A DNA stretch of 64,000 nt from Salisapilia sapeloensis CBS 127946 (GCA_023334545.1 JAADVB010000086.1:1-64000), one strand, 5' to 3'. Positions 13,373 through 25,733 are shown, numbered from the stretch's first letter. The notes: a model not told the origin generated them from the letters alone. Program-made: numbers and translations.

Positions 13373-13914
13373 GATTCGCTTTTATCTTGCTAAGATGGAA
13401 AGCATCTGGATTGGAGGAAAAACGGCGTTCGGACGATATCATTGGCGCAAAAACCTAGCATCTTAGACTAGGAGTATGCGACTTTCTCTGTCTAGATTAT
13501 TTGTACTCTTAAGCTATCGGGTAATGATACAAGGTAATCTCTCTAGTAGGTGTGCATGTATGTTATCATCGTGTCGCTGTCGAGAGATGGAGGGGAAACG
13601 TATATTTATCTGAATGACTAAACCCAACCTCTACCTATTTTTGCTCCGTCTTTTTACTCGCGTAGTAAGAACGAGAGCTCGAGACAGATAGAGTACCTCG
13701 TCGTCCCCTCTATCTCTCTCTCTAGCATCGCTAGCGTCCTGTATTTACGCACAAGACTCTTGTCAAATCTACTTGACTAGCTCCTTGTCTTGCTTATTTT
13801 TCCTAAAGCTATTCTGTCGTTCGAGTGAGGCTGGTGCATTCCTCCCTACCGTCGTCCTGTTATTCAGCTTGTTATCGTATGCTCACAGCGTCCATCGGAT
13901 AGTTACGCAAGATC

Positions 13915-15450
13915 ATGGCTCGGAAAACGTTCGTCTCGTCCAAGAAGAACGCGCCGAGCCGAGCCGCCGTCTCGAGCAAAGAAGCGGCGCTGCACCAGCG
14001 GTCCAACACGATGGGCGCAGCAGCCGACGACGACGCGTCCTCCGTCTCTCAGGACGAAGAGGAGGCGCCGGGGTCGCCCATGTCCTCCAGCGATACCTCA
14101 TCCGACGAAGAGGTCGAGCCAGAAACCGTGCCGTCCGTCGGCAAAGGCAAGCAGCTTCGGATGCCGCAGCTCCGGGGCAAAGAGTCTCGCGTCACGATGG
14201 ACCCTGCAGGCGACAGCAGTGACTCGGACAGTCTCCTGAACGTTGCTAGTGACGAGGAAGAGGAGGAAGAGGAGCCCGTCAAGGAAGAAGTGTCTTTATA
14301 CCCGATCAAAGCGTCTCGAGTCCGGAAGCGACATCGACCCGAGAGTAAGCAGGACGACCACGTCGCGACGTTCGTTCGAGACCGACTGCTGACGGTGCGA
14401 GACGGGAGTGGGAAGCCTCGCGTGCTAGACCCAGCGGCGCGAGAGGAGTTTGACAAGCAGCTGCAGAGAGGCGAGGTGGCGCGTGTACGGTGGAAGGAGG
14501 TCGAGAGCGAGCGGACGGAGCCGAGTACGTCGGAGAAGCCAGCTCCGCCTGCGCCACCGCTACAGGAGGAGCCGAAGGATTCGAATGGACGAGCCAAGCC
14601 TCGCAAGCAGTCGGAGAGAGAGGAGAAGCAAGAGGTGAATGGACAGATTGCAGACGTTTGTGTCAAGTGTAAGCGGAAGGTGTCCGAGGTAGAGGAAGAG
14701 GCAGTGAAAAAGGTGAAAGTGGAGACGGTAGATGCAGAGACGAATACACAAGAGGTGCGTCTAGGTACGTTTACATTGCAAGCGCCTCGAGACGCCAAGG
14801 TAGAGACACTAGTAGCAGAGAGCGAGCAGCTCATGTCCAAGGCGAGACACTTGAAGCACGAGGGCAACCGCAAAGGCACGAGCGACAGATCGGCGCGGCT
14901 GGATCAGGCCAAGTGCTACCTACACAGCAGCGCGACGTTCCTCCAGTACGCGCTCAAGCTGCACGACCTCAAGCTTACGTATCGCGCCAAGGGCGATACG
15001 CGGCAGTCGGCCAAGTACTCGGAAATGTGCATCGGGACTCTGCCGCAGACGGCTGTCTTGGTCGAGAGCACGATCCACGGGCTCAAGGGCGTCGGGGGCG
15101 GTCGCCTGCTCGCGCTCGCGTACAAACTAGCAGCGATCATCCGTCTGACGCTCTTCCGACTGCAGCACGTGAAGCTCTACAGGCACCATGCCGACCTGTT
15201 CACACCAGGTCGGTCTCCTGATACGAGGCAGCACGGGACGACGCCTCCGATCACGAGTAACGGCGACAGCAACGACGCTGCGAAGCGTTCTCAGCTGCTG
15301 AAAGGCGTGGAGCATCCGTTGCGAGGGTTTGACATGTGGCAGCGGTATGAAGCATGCGAGACGGAGGTTCTTCCGAGGATAACGAATCCTGCGGTGTTTG
15401 ACTATGGCGTCTTGTTCGACGACTTGGCGATGGAATTTGATGCGGCATAG
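13915..15450 (+). CDS. Nuclear low-complexity protein with C-terminal helical domain resembling the AF4/FMR2 (AFF) C-terminal homology domain
   Basis: 511-aa ORF; acidic/Ser-rich N-half; LMSKARHLKHEGNRK...AKCYLHSSATFLQYA...LLALAYKLAAIIRLTLFRL resembles the AFF CHD pattern recalled from memory. Confidence 0.55.
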   Translation: MARKTFVSSKKNAPSRAAVSSKEAALHQRSNTMGAAADDDASSVSQDEEEAPGSPMSSSDTSSDEEVEPETVPSVGKGKQLRMPQLRGKESRVTMDPAGDSSDSDSLLNVASDEEEEEEEPVKEEVSLYPIKASRVRKRHRPESKQDDHVATFVRDRLLTVRDGSGKPRVLDPAAREEFDKQLQRGEVARVRWKEVESERTEPSTSEKPAPPAPPLQEEPKDSNGRAKPRKQSEREEKQEVNGQIADVCVKCKRKVSEVEEEAVKKVKVETVDAETNTQEVRLGTFTLQAPRDAKVETLVAESEQLMSKARHLKHEGNRKGTSDRSARLDQAKCYLHSSATFLQYALKLHDLKLTYRAKGDTRQSAKYSEMCIGTLPQTAVLVESTIHGLKGVGGGRLLALAYKLAAIIRLTLFRLQHVKLYRHHADLFTPGRSPDTRQHGTTPPITSNGDSNDAAKRSQLLKGVEHPLRGFDMWQRYEACETEVLPRITNPAVFDYGVLFDDLAMEFDAA

Positions 15451-15521
15451 TAGTGGACAGTATTTCTTTCTTTTAGTTTCCAACGACCACGGACGAGATA
15501 AGCAAACAGACATGCAATTGG

Positions 15522-16316
15522 TCAATTTTCTTTCGTCCACTCTTTCTTGGACACCACGACCTCATCCTGTTGGAGCTCGTAGATGAAAAGGACGACTTTC
15601 GAGCCTTGGACAGCCATCAGGATGAAGCTCGGGGTCGTTGTGGCGGAGGTGCTGCTGTACGCACCAGTGATGGATCCTGGGTTGATGAACCATTTGTCTC
15701 CTTCCGTCCAGACGTCACATCTGTAGGTATAGGATAGTACTAGTGAATTGGATACGAGTAGAGGATAAAAGTACTTGTGCGTATGTCCCGTGATGAGGAT
15801 GTCGACGTTCATCTTGCGCTGGAGAGCCGAGAGGCTCAGGTGGTCTCCCCACGGCATGACCTGGTGGCCATGGCAGAGACCGATGCGGAACTGGCCGATC
15901 GTCACGACCTTGCGCTCTGGAAATGACGTCTCCTACGTGGCGTGAGGGACTAGAACGACGTTTTGACCGAAAGATGTACCTGGTCCGCGTCACCGAGGAC
16001 AACGTGGACGTTGGGTGCGAGCGACCGAAAGTCGTCGTACTGCTCTTTGGTGACCATGTTCCCTGTGCAGAGTACGTGTTGCATTTTATTCGGCACCTAG
16101 ATGCCATATATAAGAAGGATGGAGGTATCTGATTCGCCATGATCGCAACGTACGAGCATTTTACGGAACTTTGGCGGGATCTCTGCAGCTCGTTGTGGAA
16201 TGTGGCTGTCGCCCACGATCAGAACTAGCTATGGAGCACATAAGATCGATGCATATAACATGTACAGACAAGATAGAGGCAAAAGAGGTCGGATATACCT
16301 CTCCAAACCCAGACAT
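15522..16316 (-). CDS. VPS29: Retromer subunit VPS29 (multi-exon)
   Basis: Spliced MSGFGE-LVLIVGDSHIPQRA...VPNKMQHVLCTGN...HGHQVMPWGD...DILITGHTH...INPGSITGAY...PSFILM. Confidence 0.95.
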
Positions 16317-16446
16317 GCTGCTTCTTGTCAAAATATGTCGTTTAGAACATACTTTTATCCAATCAAAAAGCGTTAAAAACATTATGATCCAATCAGAATG
16401 CACCTGTCACTCCAGTAGCAGACACTTTCGAAAACACCCGCCAACT

Positions 16447-17931
16447 ATGGACATTGTGACCACTTCCAACTTCCATGCAACGCTATTGCCAGGTACTTTA
16501 TGCTCTGTACATGCTGCAATTGCATAGGCAAGAGACATCTGATCCTAATGACGGTAATAATGCAGGTGAGTTGATTGTCGTCTTCATCCCAGCCGAGCAT
16601 CTACGAGCATGCTGCTGGCCATTGCTCAAGTAATCCTGCCTGCGCTTCAGTTAACACCTTTTTGTCCATCAACTAACACGGCATTGACCCATGGCGTAGC
16701 TTGCTGCTCTACGGAGGCTGCGGCTTTGAAGACAGCGTGTGTGGCCAAGGCCATGAGGTGCACATCTGCCGATCTGTCCAGGCCGAGCTCTTCTCCATCG
16801 CAGTGGATGACGACGGTGCGACACTGTACATGGACCCGAGTGGCATGGACATGTTCAAGCAAGCCGTGCGTGTTTTATTGTTGTAGTTATATTAGTTGGG
16901 ATCGAGCTAAAGGGTAGAATGTAGGGTCTAGCAGACCTCGTGACGACTGCTCCACATACTTGGCGAGCCATACAGGTACCTTGCATTCTTATAGGACAGT
17001 AGAGAAAGAAGTTCTTAGCATATCTATAGATCCACCTTGGTCCGATGGTAGAGCAGTTCCCAGGTGTCATCAGGTACGTAGCAAGCTTGTGCTATCCTCT
17101 CGCAGCATCTGACGATTATCTACTAGCTTTTTGTCCAAGTTACTAGCAGAGGACGACATCAGTATCCTTAATATGAGCACATACGACACAGACATCATAT
17201 ACGTCCAAGTACATTCCTCTTATAACCAACTCTAGTACGATGCTAAGCACTCCTCTAGGAGCCAGACCTCGATGCAGCCGTCTCCTGCCTCCAGTCCAAA
17301 CTCTCACGAGGTGTCCACGGCCTCAAAGAGGTACATCCTCTCTCCTTCCTCCCTCGTACGCATCTCACGTCTTTCCTAGGCAAAAGATGCCGAAAGAGAA
17401 CGCTCTAGCATGGAAGACGCAGAGGAAGCGAGCGCAGACGAAGGTCAGGATGCTTCCTGTCCGTCGTCTATCGCGTCCTCCGACCAGTTCCTTAAAGTCT
17501 ATCCGGAGGAACTCGTCCTCCTCCGACTGCGTAAAGACAGTATCAAGGAGAGTGCCTTCGGTCTGACGCAGCTCATGCTCTTATCTAGTGACCAAGCTAA
17601 GAGAGACAGCGTCTCCTTCTGGTGCTACTGCGAGACGTCGGAGGAAATCAGTCTCATCATGAACGCGTCGTACGTCCAGAGCTTCACAGACGCAAGTGTC
17701 GTCGTGGCTCCTGATCGCTGGCGCGCCATCAAACTCTGCGGCCGGACGTACGGATTCGAAGAGACTGGCGTCGTGGCGGCCATGTCTGGCTTCACGACAG
17801 ACGTCCAGGTGCTCAACGTCTCTTCCTTCGGGTCAAACATGGCGCTTGTACTCGACGAGACGCTCGACGAGAGTCTCCCTCGTCTCTGTTCCTCTCTCGA
17901 CATCTCTCGCGTCGACAGGATAGAATCGTAA
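16447..17931 (+). CDS. CASTOR/GATS-like tandem ACT-domain protein (multi-exon)
   Basis: N-half FSIAVDDDGATLYMD, TWRAIQ, ISILNMSTYDTDIIYV; C-half FWCYCETSEEISLIM, RWRAIKLCGRTYGFEETGVVAAMS, VLNVSSFGSNMALV, matching the duplicated ACT pattern of CASTOR proteins. Exon boundaries only partly traced. Confidence 0.75.
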
Positions 17932-17983
17932 CGTTGAAAGCAAAGACCAAAGCATCCGTTCGTTCGTTTCTTAGCACTGCAAT

Positions 17984-19864
17984 CTACTCGATACCATCCT
18001 GCTTCCGCTGTTCCGCCACGAGCATCGTCCGTCGCTCTCGAAGCATCCCGAGCTCCGCGCGAATATCATTCCGCTTCGTATTCAACTTGCGAAGCTCTTC
18101 GCCCTCCGGTTTCTGCGCTAGCTTTTTCGTCAGCTCCGACTGCTCGTCCTTGAGCTGCTTGATCTTGTCGTCCACTTCGACCATGGCCGTCTCGAGCTTC
18201 TTCTTGCTCTGGAACTTCATGTCCGCCTTCCGCTCCACCACTTGGTTAAATAGCGCCTTGCTCTCTTCTTCCACGGCCACGCGATGCTCTCGCACGGCCT
18301 CCAGCTTGGCATGCAGCTGCCGCACCTTGTCCATCTCGGCCTTGAGCTCCTTCTCCACTGGATCCAGACTCGTCTCATCTGCCTTGCTCTTCTGCTGCTC
18401 CAGCTTCTGCTTGGCTTCTTCCACGGACGCAGCGAGCGCCTTGTTGTCGCGCTTGTACCGCATCCGCGCCGTCGCGAGCGCCTTGGCTTTCTCCTCCAGA
18501 CCAGTGTTCTCGGCCTGCGTCTCGGCGTTCAGAGCTCGCTGCTCTTCGTTCGCCTGGAGGTCCTTGTCCGTCGCTTCCTGACGGAGCTTTTCCACGACCT
18601 GTCGCTGCGCACTGACGTTTTCATCTAGACTCGCATTCTCCTTCTGGATCTTCTGGTACTGCGCAACGAGCGTCGCGAGTTTCTTCTCCTGCGTCTCGAG
18701 CTCTCTCGTCTTGTGCTCGTACTTGGTCCGGAGCTCTCGTTCGACCTGCCACGACTTGTCCGTCGCTTCCTGGATCTGTTCCTCCAAGTCCGCCGTCTTT
18801 TTCTCCAGCGCTTCTTTCGGTGCAGATGACACGTCCGATTCGTTTACGAGCCACTTGACGTCTGTTAGAGCGAGGCTTTGGTAGTCTTTCGTGTTGTCTT
18901 TGCCTCCGCCAACAGCGAATTTCACGTTTTTCACGCGAAAGCCAGACTGTTGCTTGTGTGCTGTCCGATAGAACGGATCGTCATCTTCTTCTAAGAGGTC
19001 TGGATCCGTTGCCCACGTAGAGGATCGACGTGAACCAGAGGGAGAAGTAGATTCATCTCCTTGTCCTTGCTTAAGACGCACCCAGCGTCGGCGTCGGACG
19101 GCGTCGTTCGGATGACGAGATGCGTGGCTCAAGTCTTCACGTAGCTGGATGACCATCTCCTGAAAGTCTGGAGCGTACGTCCACCCATCGTCGTCTGTCG
19201 CGGTATAATTCGGATCGATTTCCCAGTCGGAAGCCCACGATTGGCCTTCGTCTAGCGTCATCTCTGGCATGTCGTCATACCCGACACCCGCCTCGGCGTC
19301 TCGGTCACTAAACTTCTTCGGATCTGTCTCTGGATCTAACTCGTCTTCGATCCGTTCGTTCTCAAAGACTTCGACCACGAGCTCGGATTGTGTCGTGGAC
19401 GGAGAGGAGCGAGAGACTGGTGTACGCATGGATCCCATGCCTCCGCTATGTTGGAAATTGCCAAAGCGAGACGTACCGAGCATCGTCGTAGCCATTTTGA
19501 ACATGCCTCCGCCAAACATACCAGAGCTAGAGGCATTCGGCTTTTGATAGCCCTCTGGGAGCTTTGGCTCTGCCTCCGTCGGACGCTCCCATTGACGATG
19601 ACCAGTGGGGACGTGGAGGAAGTAGTCTTTACCGGTGCTACGGCTCTTGGCGACACGCCAACCGGCAGGTAGATCCTCCGGGGACGAGTCCACGCTCGTG
19701 ACGGAGCTTGTGAGACTCGGTGTCGACACGTTGGAGCTCCCGACGAGACTCAATCCAGAGTCTGCGGTTGCACCAGAGGCAGCTGCAGCTGCTGCGGCTG
19801 CAGAGGCGGAGGAGGAGGTGCCCTGGCCGCTCGCACCGGCCTGGAATCGCAGGCGGGAGATCAT
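17984..19864 (-). CDS. WW-domain + peroxin/dysferlin-like domain + long coiled-coil protein
   Basis: LPAGWRVAKSRSTGKDYFLHVPTGHRQWERP (WW); WASDWEIDP...DDGWTYAPDF...AVRRRRWVR (dysferlin/Pex24-like); C-terminal heptad-rich region. Confidence 0.8.
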   Translation of the reverse strand: MISRLRFQAGASGQGTSSSASAAAAAAAASGATADSGLSLVGSSNVSTPSLTSSVTSVDSSPEDLPAGWRVAKSRSTGKDYFLHVPTGHRQWERPTEAEPKLPEGYQKPNASSSGMFGGGMFKMATTMLGTSRFGNFQHSGGMGSMRTPVSRSSPSTTQSELVVEVFENERIEDELDPETDPKKFSDRDAEAGVGYDDMPEMTLDEGQSWASDWEIDPNYTATDDDGWTYAPDFQEMVIQLREDLSHASRHPNDAVRRRRWVRLKQGQGDESTSPSGSRRSSTWATDPDLLEEDDDPFYRTAHKQQSGFRVKNVKFAVGGGKDNTKDYQSLALTDVKWLVNESDVSSAPKEALEKKTADLEEQIQEATDKSWQVERELRTKYEHKTRELETQEKKLATLVAQYQKIQKENASLDENVSAQRQVVEKLRQEATDKDLQANEEQRALNAETQAENTGLEEKAKALATARMRYKRDNKALAASVEEAKQKLEQQKSKADETSLDPVEKELKAEMDKVRQLHAKLEAVREHRVAVEEESKALFNQVVERKADMKFQSKKKLETAMVEVDDKIKQLKDEQSELTKKLAQKPEGEELRKLNTKRNDIRAELGMLRERRTMLVAEQRKQDGIE

Positions 19865-19967
19865 CGTCCGTCGTACACGCCTCTGACGTTTTTCTTGTAT
19901 TCGGTCGACAAAACACTTGGAGATTGTATAGGCGTTTGGAAAGAAAAGAAAAAGAAAATGTATTTGC

Positions 19968-20914
19968 TTAGAGATCGACTTGATAGAGGGAGCTCGTCGA
20001 CGCTTCCGTTACGAGTAGCATGCTTTCATCCGCACTGTAGAAGACTCTTAGATGTGTATTTAAAAGATACAAGTTCTACTTGTACCTGAGGCAGATGCCG
20101 GTGATTTCAGTGCCTTGGATGGAAATCTCGCGATGGAGCACTCCATCGGCGGACAGCACGGAGATCTTGCCCTCGGTTACTGCATCGTCTAGAAGAGTGC
20201 TTACGATGTTAGCATCCTGTTAAAGAGTTGAAAGTAGAGTGATGATAGACCGGCAAAGTTGTAGTGACCAATGTATAGTTCGCCTTGGGATGTGCAAGCG
20301 ATGCAAGATGGACCCATGCCACCGTTAAAGGTGTAGAAGACGCTCGTGTGGTGTATGCCCACTGGCCGTTGACTGAGCTTGAGAATGCGGTTGCAAAGCA
20401 GCTCAGCTACATACCCAACGTGCGGATTGTTCCGAGACATTGTTATACCGCATGGATGTGCCAGTCCTTTAGATACGATCGGACGTAGTACTTGACCACC
20501 AGCAACACTTGGCGTGATGCAGTATATGCTACCAGCTGGCTGTGCTAGTGTCGACTCACCGAACGGTCCGCTGTCCGTAAAGAAGAGCGTGCCATCCTGT
20601 CCAAAGGTGATGCTATTCGGACCATGAAAAGGCTTATCTTCATAGGCCTTCACCATGACCCCAGGCTGATTATTATCATCCACACGCAACACTGCAGCAT
20701 GAGCAGTATCTACAATATGGATACAACCTTGATCGTCCACCGTCGCGCCTGCCGCTTCGCCTCCTGTCGTTACAATGCACGCATGTTCATCCTTCGCTTT
20801 CCATTCATAGACTTCACCTGTCCCTGTGGAAAGGTAGAATATCGACTCAGGCTTTGCAGACGATATAAAAGGACTACAGATCTGGTGTCCTCGACATTCA
20901 ATGCGGTGCGTCAT
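19968..20914 (-). CDS. SMP-30/gluconolactonase-like six-bladed beta-propeller
   Basis: FHGPNSITFGQDGTLFFTDSGP, LAHPCGITMS, YVAELLCNRILK, GMGPSCIA; small 3' exons ending SLYQVDL* at 19968. Confidence 0.8.
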
Positions 20915-20989
20915 GTCAATTCGCGGCTTTTCAAGATCGCGACGGTTCAAGATCGAATGGCTTCCAATTGACAAGAAGCGTTTATAACG

Positions 20990-21952
20990 ATGGACAAGAC
21001 GAATAAGGAGCTAGAGGAGCTCGTGGCGAAGGCTGGTGTGGAGAAGAACGTCCGGAAGGATCCGGAGAAGGTCGTGTGTGATGATGAGTGGACGGAAGAG
21101 CGAGAAAAGCTTGCGCAGGAACTCTTAGCCAAGGATAAGAGCTCCATTCCGACATTTTGGCAGAGTACGATGGCATTATGGTAGCGTTTAGGCCGATTCT
21201 ATTGACATGGGAGTGTAGACAAGTATGAGAAGGAAGCAGCAAAGAGCTGGGATCAGTTCTATAAGCGTAATTCGACCAACTTTTACAAGGATCGACATTA
21301 CCTCCATATCGCTTTTCCTGATCTGGATAAGCAAGAGGACGATGATGGACGTACGAAGACGTTGCTAGAAGTTGGTTGTGGAGTTGGGAATGCAGCTCTA
21401 CCTCTTCTAGAGATCAACCCGTCGCTAAACATTATCGCCATCGATTTCGCTGACACAGCCATTCGACTACTTCACGAGCAGCCTCTCTTCGATGCCAGTC
21501 GCGTCACTGGCGCCGTGTGTGACATCACGAAAGATGATCTGCCTCCCGCCGTCGATGCAAATGGAGGCGTCGACTTTGCCCTCTTCCTCTTCTGTCTCTC
21601 CGGCATCCATCCGGATAAAATGGGCGACGCAGTGAAGAAGATAGCTGACGGTCTGCAGCCTGGAGGCAAAATGTTCTTCCGAGACTACGGTAGATACGAC
21701 CAAGCACAGCTGCGTTTCAAGTCAGGACATAAGCTCCAGGAGAACTTTTACGTCCGACAGGATAACACTCGAGCGTACTACTTTACGACGGACGAAGTGG
21801 AAAAGCTGTTTAATGATGCAGGACTAGAGACAGTTGAATTGGAGTATATTCGTCGTCAGTACGTGAATCGGAATCAGGATATCGTTCGCTTCCGAGTGTG
21901 GGTGCATGCTGTCTTCCGGAAGCCGATGGCGGGAGGCCAAGACGCGTCCTAG
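20990..21952 (+). CDS. tRNA m3C methyltransferase (METTL2/METTL6/Trm140 family)
   Basis: SWDQFYKRNSTNFYKDRHYL, LLEVGCGVGNA, FRDYGRYDQAQLRFK, FYVRQDNTRAYYF; intron near 21181-21217. Confidence 0.92.
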
Positions 21953-22081
21953 TTGGGCGTATTCGTACTAGAGTATTTTTTGCAACACGACACTTGGGCA
22001 CTTTCTTTATTCCCTTCGTGATGCTATTTATATCAGCCAAGGCGATAGGAAGTGAAGGATAGCGTAGGTTCATACTAAAAA

Positions 22082-25000
22082 ATGGCGAAGGAAGCCATCT
22101 TTGACGACTTGGACCTGGTACTTCAAGTCAATCAGCATATCGAAGCGGTTGTGGTCGAAGAAAAGCTTCAGCATGAGTCCTCCTTTCGGTTCTTGAATCA
22201 GTTGGATGCTATGAACGCTCATGAAGCGAGAGTCGAAGCGCTTTTTGAGCACCAGCGTTGCGACTTTGAGCCACAAGATGGGCCACATATACCTTTCCAT
22301 CTCCAAGGTGATGAGAGTTTTAATGATGCTGTATTGCTTGCTACTAGAAGAGCACTACGCAAGTCGAATGAAATAATGGAGAAAGTCGAGTTCCTGTGGA
22401 ATGTATCATTAAGCAAGAAAGAGGCACAGCATCGTCAAGCGACAGACAAAAAAGTAGAGAAAGCGACGAGCATGATGGAAAAAGAGTATGTTGAGCTCAT
22501 GCTGCTTGTGTTCAAAGCTCTACGGGATGACTTCGACCTCGAGATGGCTACATCACAGGTTCAATGCGACTGGGAAGTCGATACACAAAAGCAAGGATTA
22601 CTATCGTTTGAGCTTTTCTTTGCGTCGATCTTTGAGCTCGTGGACCTCTGGACATGCGATGTGCTTAAAGACACGTATGTTCGGTTTCTAGATCTCCTGA
22701 CAAAGCGTATCACTCTTCGTGTCGTCGTCTTCCTGAATGACCAGAGACTAGAGCTAGCTTTGTCGGATAACTTTGAAGAAGCGACAGTCGTCAAGGCGAT
22801 TCCTCTAGGCACGATCAAGCAATTCGCTACTGTCGCGAAAGTAGTCGCACCACGAGGTGTTCACACCATAGGAGAACTTGCGATGGCTGACCCGAAGATG
22901 GTGGAAGAAGCGAGGAAAGAGTATATTGGCATACAGCCACTGTCGCCGAAGAAGATCGGTGAAGAGTTGCAGCATTTGCTTGACATGTTTAAGATGCTGA
23001 CGAATGAGTACTTGCATATGGACTACGTCATGAAGAATACTTTACTGATCCCCAGACCGCTTGGTGGTACGAAAGCAGAAGGGGAAGGATATGGCGCTGG
23101 GAATGGAGGCATGCATTCAAGAGACGGATTCGAAGAACTGAATAGTGGAGACATAGACCGCATTGCATCCTCTTGCATCGGTATGACTGGGTCTGGGACA
23201 AACGGACATGAAGCTGAAAGTGGTGGCGGTATGGCATCCACAGCGGGTGAATCGGGTGCAGGTCAACGTGCAGGTGAGAGTGTTGCTGGTTTGGCATCGA
23301 CAGCAAGCTTGCAAGGCATGAAGAATCCTGGAAGACCGAATGGTAACCTAGATTCTGATCCTCGAAGTGGCCATAAACGGGATGCGTCCACTCATCATGC
23401 GGTCAACAGAGATGGAAACTTTACAGACGCATCAAATACAAATCCTATGAGCAGTAGTATGAGTTACGAGACAAGTGGGGAGGGAGCAGTTGATGAATTT
23501 GGGCAATCTATAAAGCATAACACAGAAGACCGGCCTAGTGGTAGATACTTGCGAAGACTGAGCACCATCCACGACTTAAGCATAGCAGATCCGAGCACGA
23601 TCAACGGATTCCGCGTTGCTTTTTTGTTGGAGAAGGAGATCAGTCTTGAGCGAGTGACGGATATAGATGCTATTCGTGCTGAGCTTGTGAAATTTGGCAT
23701 CGACCCGACAGGAATGAGTGATATAGCTGCAAGAGAAAGATATAATAGTCTGTACGAAACTCTTGTCGTTCGGGACGGCGAAAGTGTCAAGCTGTTGGCA
23801 AAGAGTTTGCTCGAGCAGATCAAGATCGAGCTCGCAGCGCATGGCATCTATGTGGAAGATGCTGAACTCGAACCTGCCTATGGTCGTCTATTTGACACAT
23901 TGATGAACAAAAGTGGAGAACAGATCGTGGATGACGCTCGGCAGTGGGTGGACCAAACGCTTGATACGAAGCAATGTTCGGCATACATCAAGGACGATCG
24001 TTATGAGCTAAAGGCTGTGGAAGATGTCAAACCGTTTGGATCAGATGAAGGCGATGAGGAGTTTATGACATTGCTTAATGAGGACATCGAAGATGAAGAA
24101 GAAAATAAAGAAGGTAAAGAAGGTAAAGAAGGTAAAGAAGATAAAGTAGAAATAGAAAAGTCGGTCCTACCTTCTTATTCGCAATCAACAATCCGAAGGA
24201 GGCCTAGTCAAACGATGCTCAAATGCAACGATGAAGCGGATAAATCCAACTTTGAAACTAGTGACATGAGTAGCGAAAACGCGGCAGATATAGTTTCTGG
24301 TCTAGAGCATTTAGCAGCTGAAGACTCAGGAGATAACGCTACGGTTTATGAACAACGTGTCGATCTTCTAGATATTGCTGCAGGTCCGGCGAAAGAGCAC
24401 ATACTAGAGGCTGTCTTTGCGGTGGATGAATCAGCCAGTTTCGGTATTTCTTGTGGCGACGAACACTCGGCGGAAGATGACGATCCAAGGATTCCAGACG
24501 ATCTCCACAAAGTGGTTGAACAGGATACAGGTAATCTACAGGAAGATTCTGATGAGCCTGTTGATAACTCCAAAGCACACGATGGACATCCAGATACGGA
24601 TGAATCGCCTAAAGACGATGTCGACACTGCAGAGATACGACCACCAGAACCATTATCGAAGGAACGCATTGTAGCACAAAAGCGCTGGAGGAGAGTGATT
24701 GGTGTCACTCGTCTGTCACGATCTATTGTTTCACATGACGAAAAGCATAGTAGAACAGACTCGATAGATAATGCACAAGACAGAGAAGCAATTGGACTTC
24801 GGTTCGGTCTGGAACAGGTGGGAGAAGTAAATGAAGGGGTTATCAAAGAGAGATCATTAACGTACGTTGGCTAGCTTATCCTGCTTTTTCCTAAAGCGAC
24901 CGATGTTTACTGACTGAATGCTCTAGACCTATGCAGCGCGAGCCTAAGGTTCCGGTGATAGTGATGGGAGGCGTCGCAGGAGCTCCTAACGTTTCATCTA

Positions 25001-25689
25001 CTGGACGATACTTAAATTTACTAGGCATGGGCGAAGTAGTTGTGTTACCAGAAGAAGAAGAATTATTTGCATACCTCACGTCGGACAAGGGGTCTTCGGT
25101 CGACCTTGTTTGTTTTGACGTAGGGATTAATATCGGCGAAGCTACGACGATTCTCTTGGACTTACAGGAAGTCAAAGGAAAATGTATCATCTTAGTTGGT
25201 GGTAACCCATTGCAAGTGTCGAAAACAGAGGCAGTGGTCGCAGAGTGTCTCGAGTTAGGTGCACTCTACTTTGCCATCGTGCCAGTCAACTTTACCAGCT
25301 TACGTGCGCAGATACTAGCTTTCTTTGAACAATCTCCACACCCATATATCCTCCGGCATCGCAAAAAGACTCTTTTTAAGGCTGTTGTCCAGGAGGTAGC
25401 GTCAAGTTCTAGTGGCATCGCCGACATACTCTCTGTCCCTCGAGGCTCCATGAGTAGTCCCCAATCGACACTCACAGGCGTCACGCGTCAAATTAAAAGG
25501 AAGACCACAATGTTTAACAACACTTTTCCTCCTGTCCCTCGTCCTGCTCCACGTCAAATGGAATTAAACGTACACCGTGCAACAGGACCGATGACTACTA
25601 TGCGACCATCTCCGTCTGCCCCTCATTCGCTCAAGTCTCATAAGAAATCTCCACGCATGCTCGCAGCGATTCGATCAATGATGTCATGA
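22082..25689 (+). CDS. Large hypothetical protein with C-terminal response-regulator receiver-like domain
   Basis: ORF 22082-24874 joined by a probable intron (~24864-24926, GTACGT...CTAG) to ORF 24931-25689, whose VDLVCFDVG...CIILVGG...ECLELGALYFAIVPVNFTSL pattern is receiver-like; KEG x3 microrepeat at 24107-24133. Confidence 0.6.
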
Positions 25690-25733
25690 ACACAGAGTCG
25701 ATCGAAACATGCTTTCTTTATTGCCTGGTCTAT

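Noticed and set aside
9435-19000. Many long antisense or alternate-frame ORFs (e.g. 9435-10169, 11268-12131, 14049-14879, 17934-18581)
   Set aside because: Shadow ORFs of GC-rich, codon-biased genes on the opposite strand; no independent motifs.
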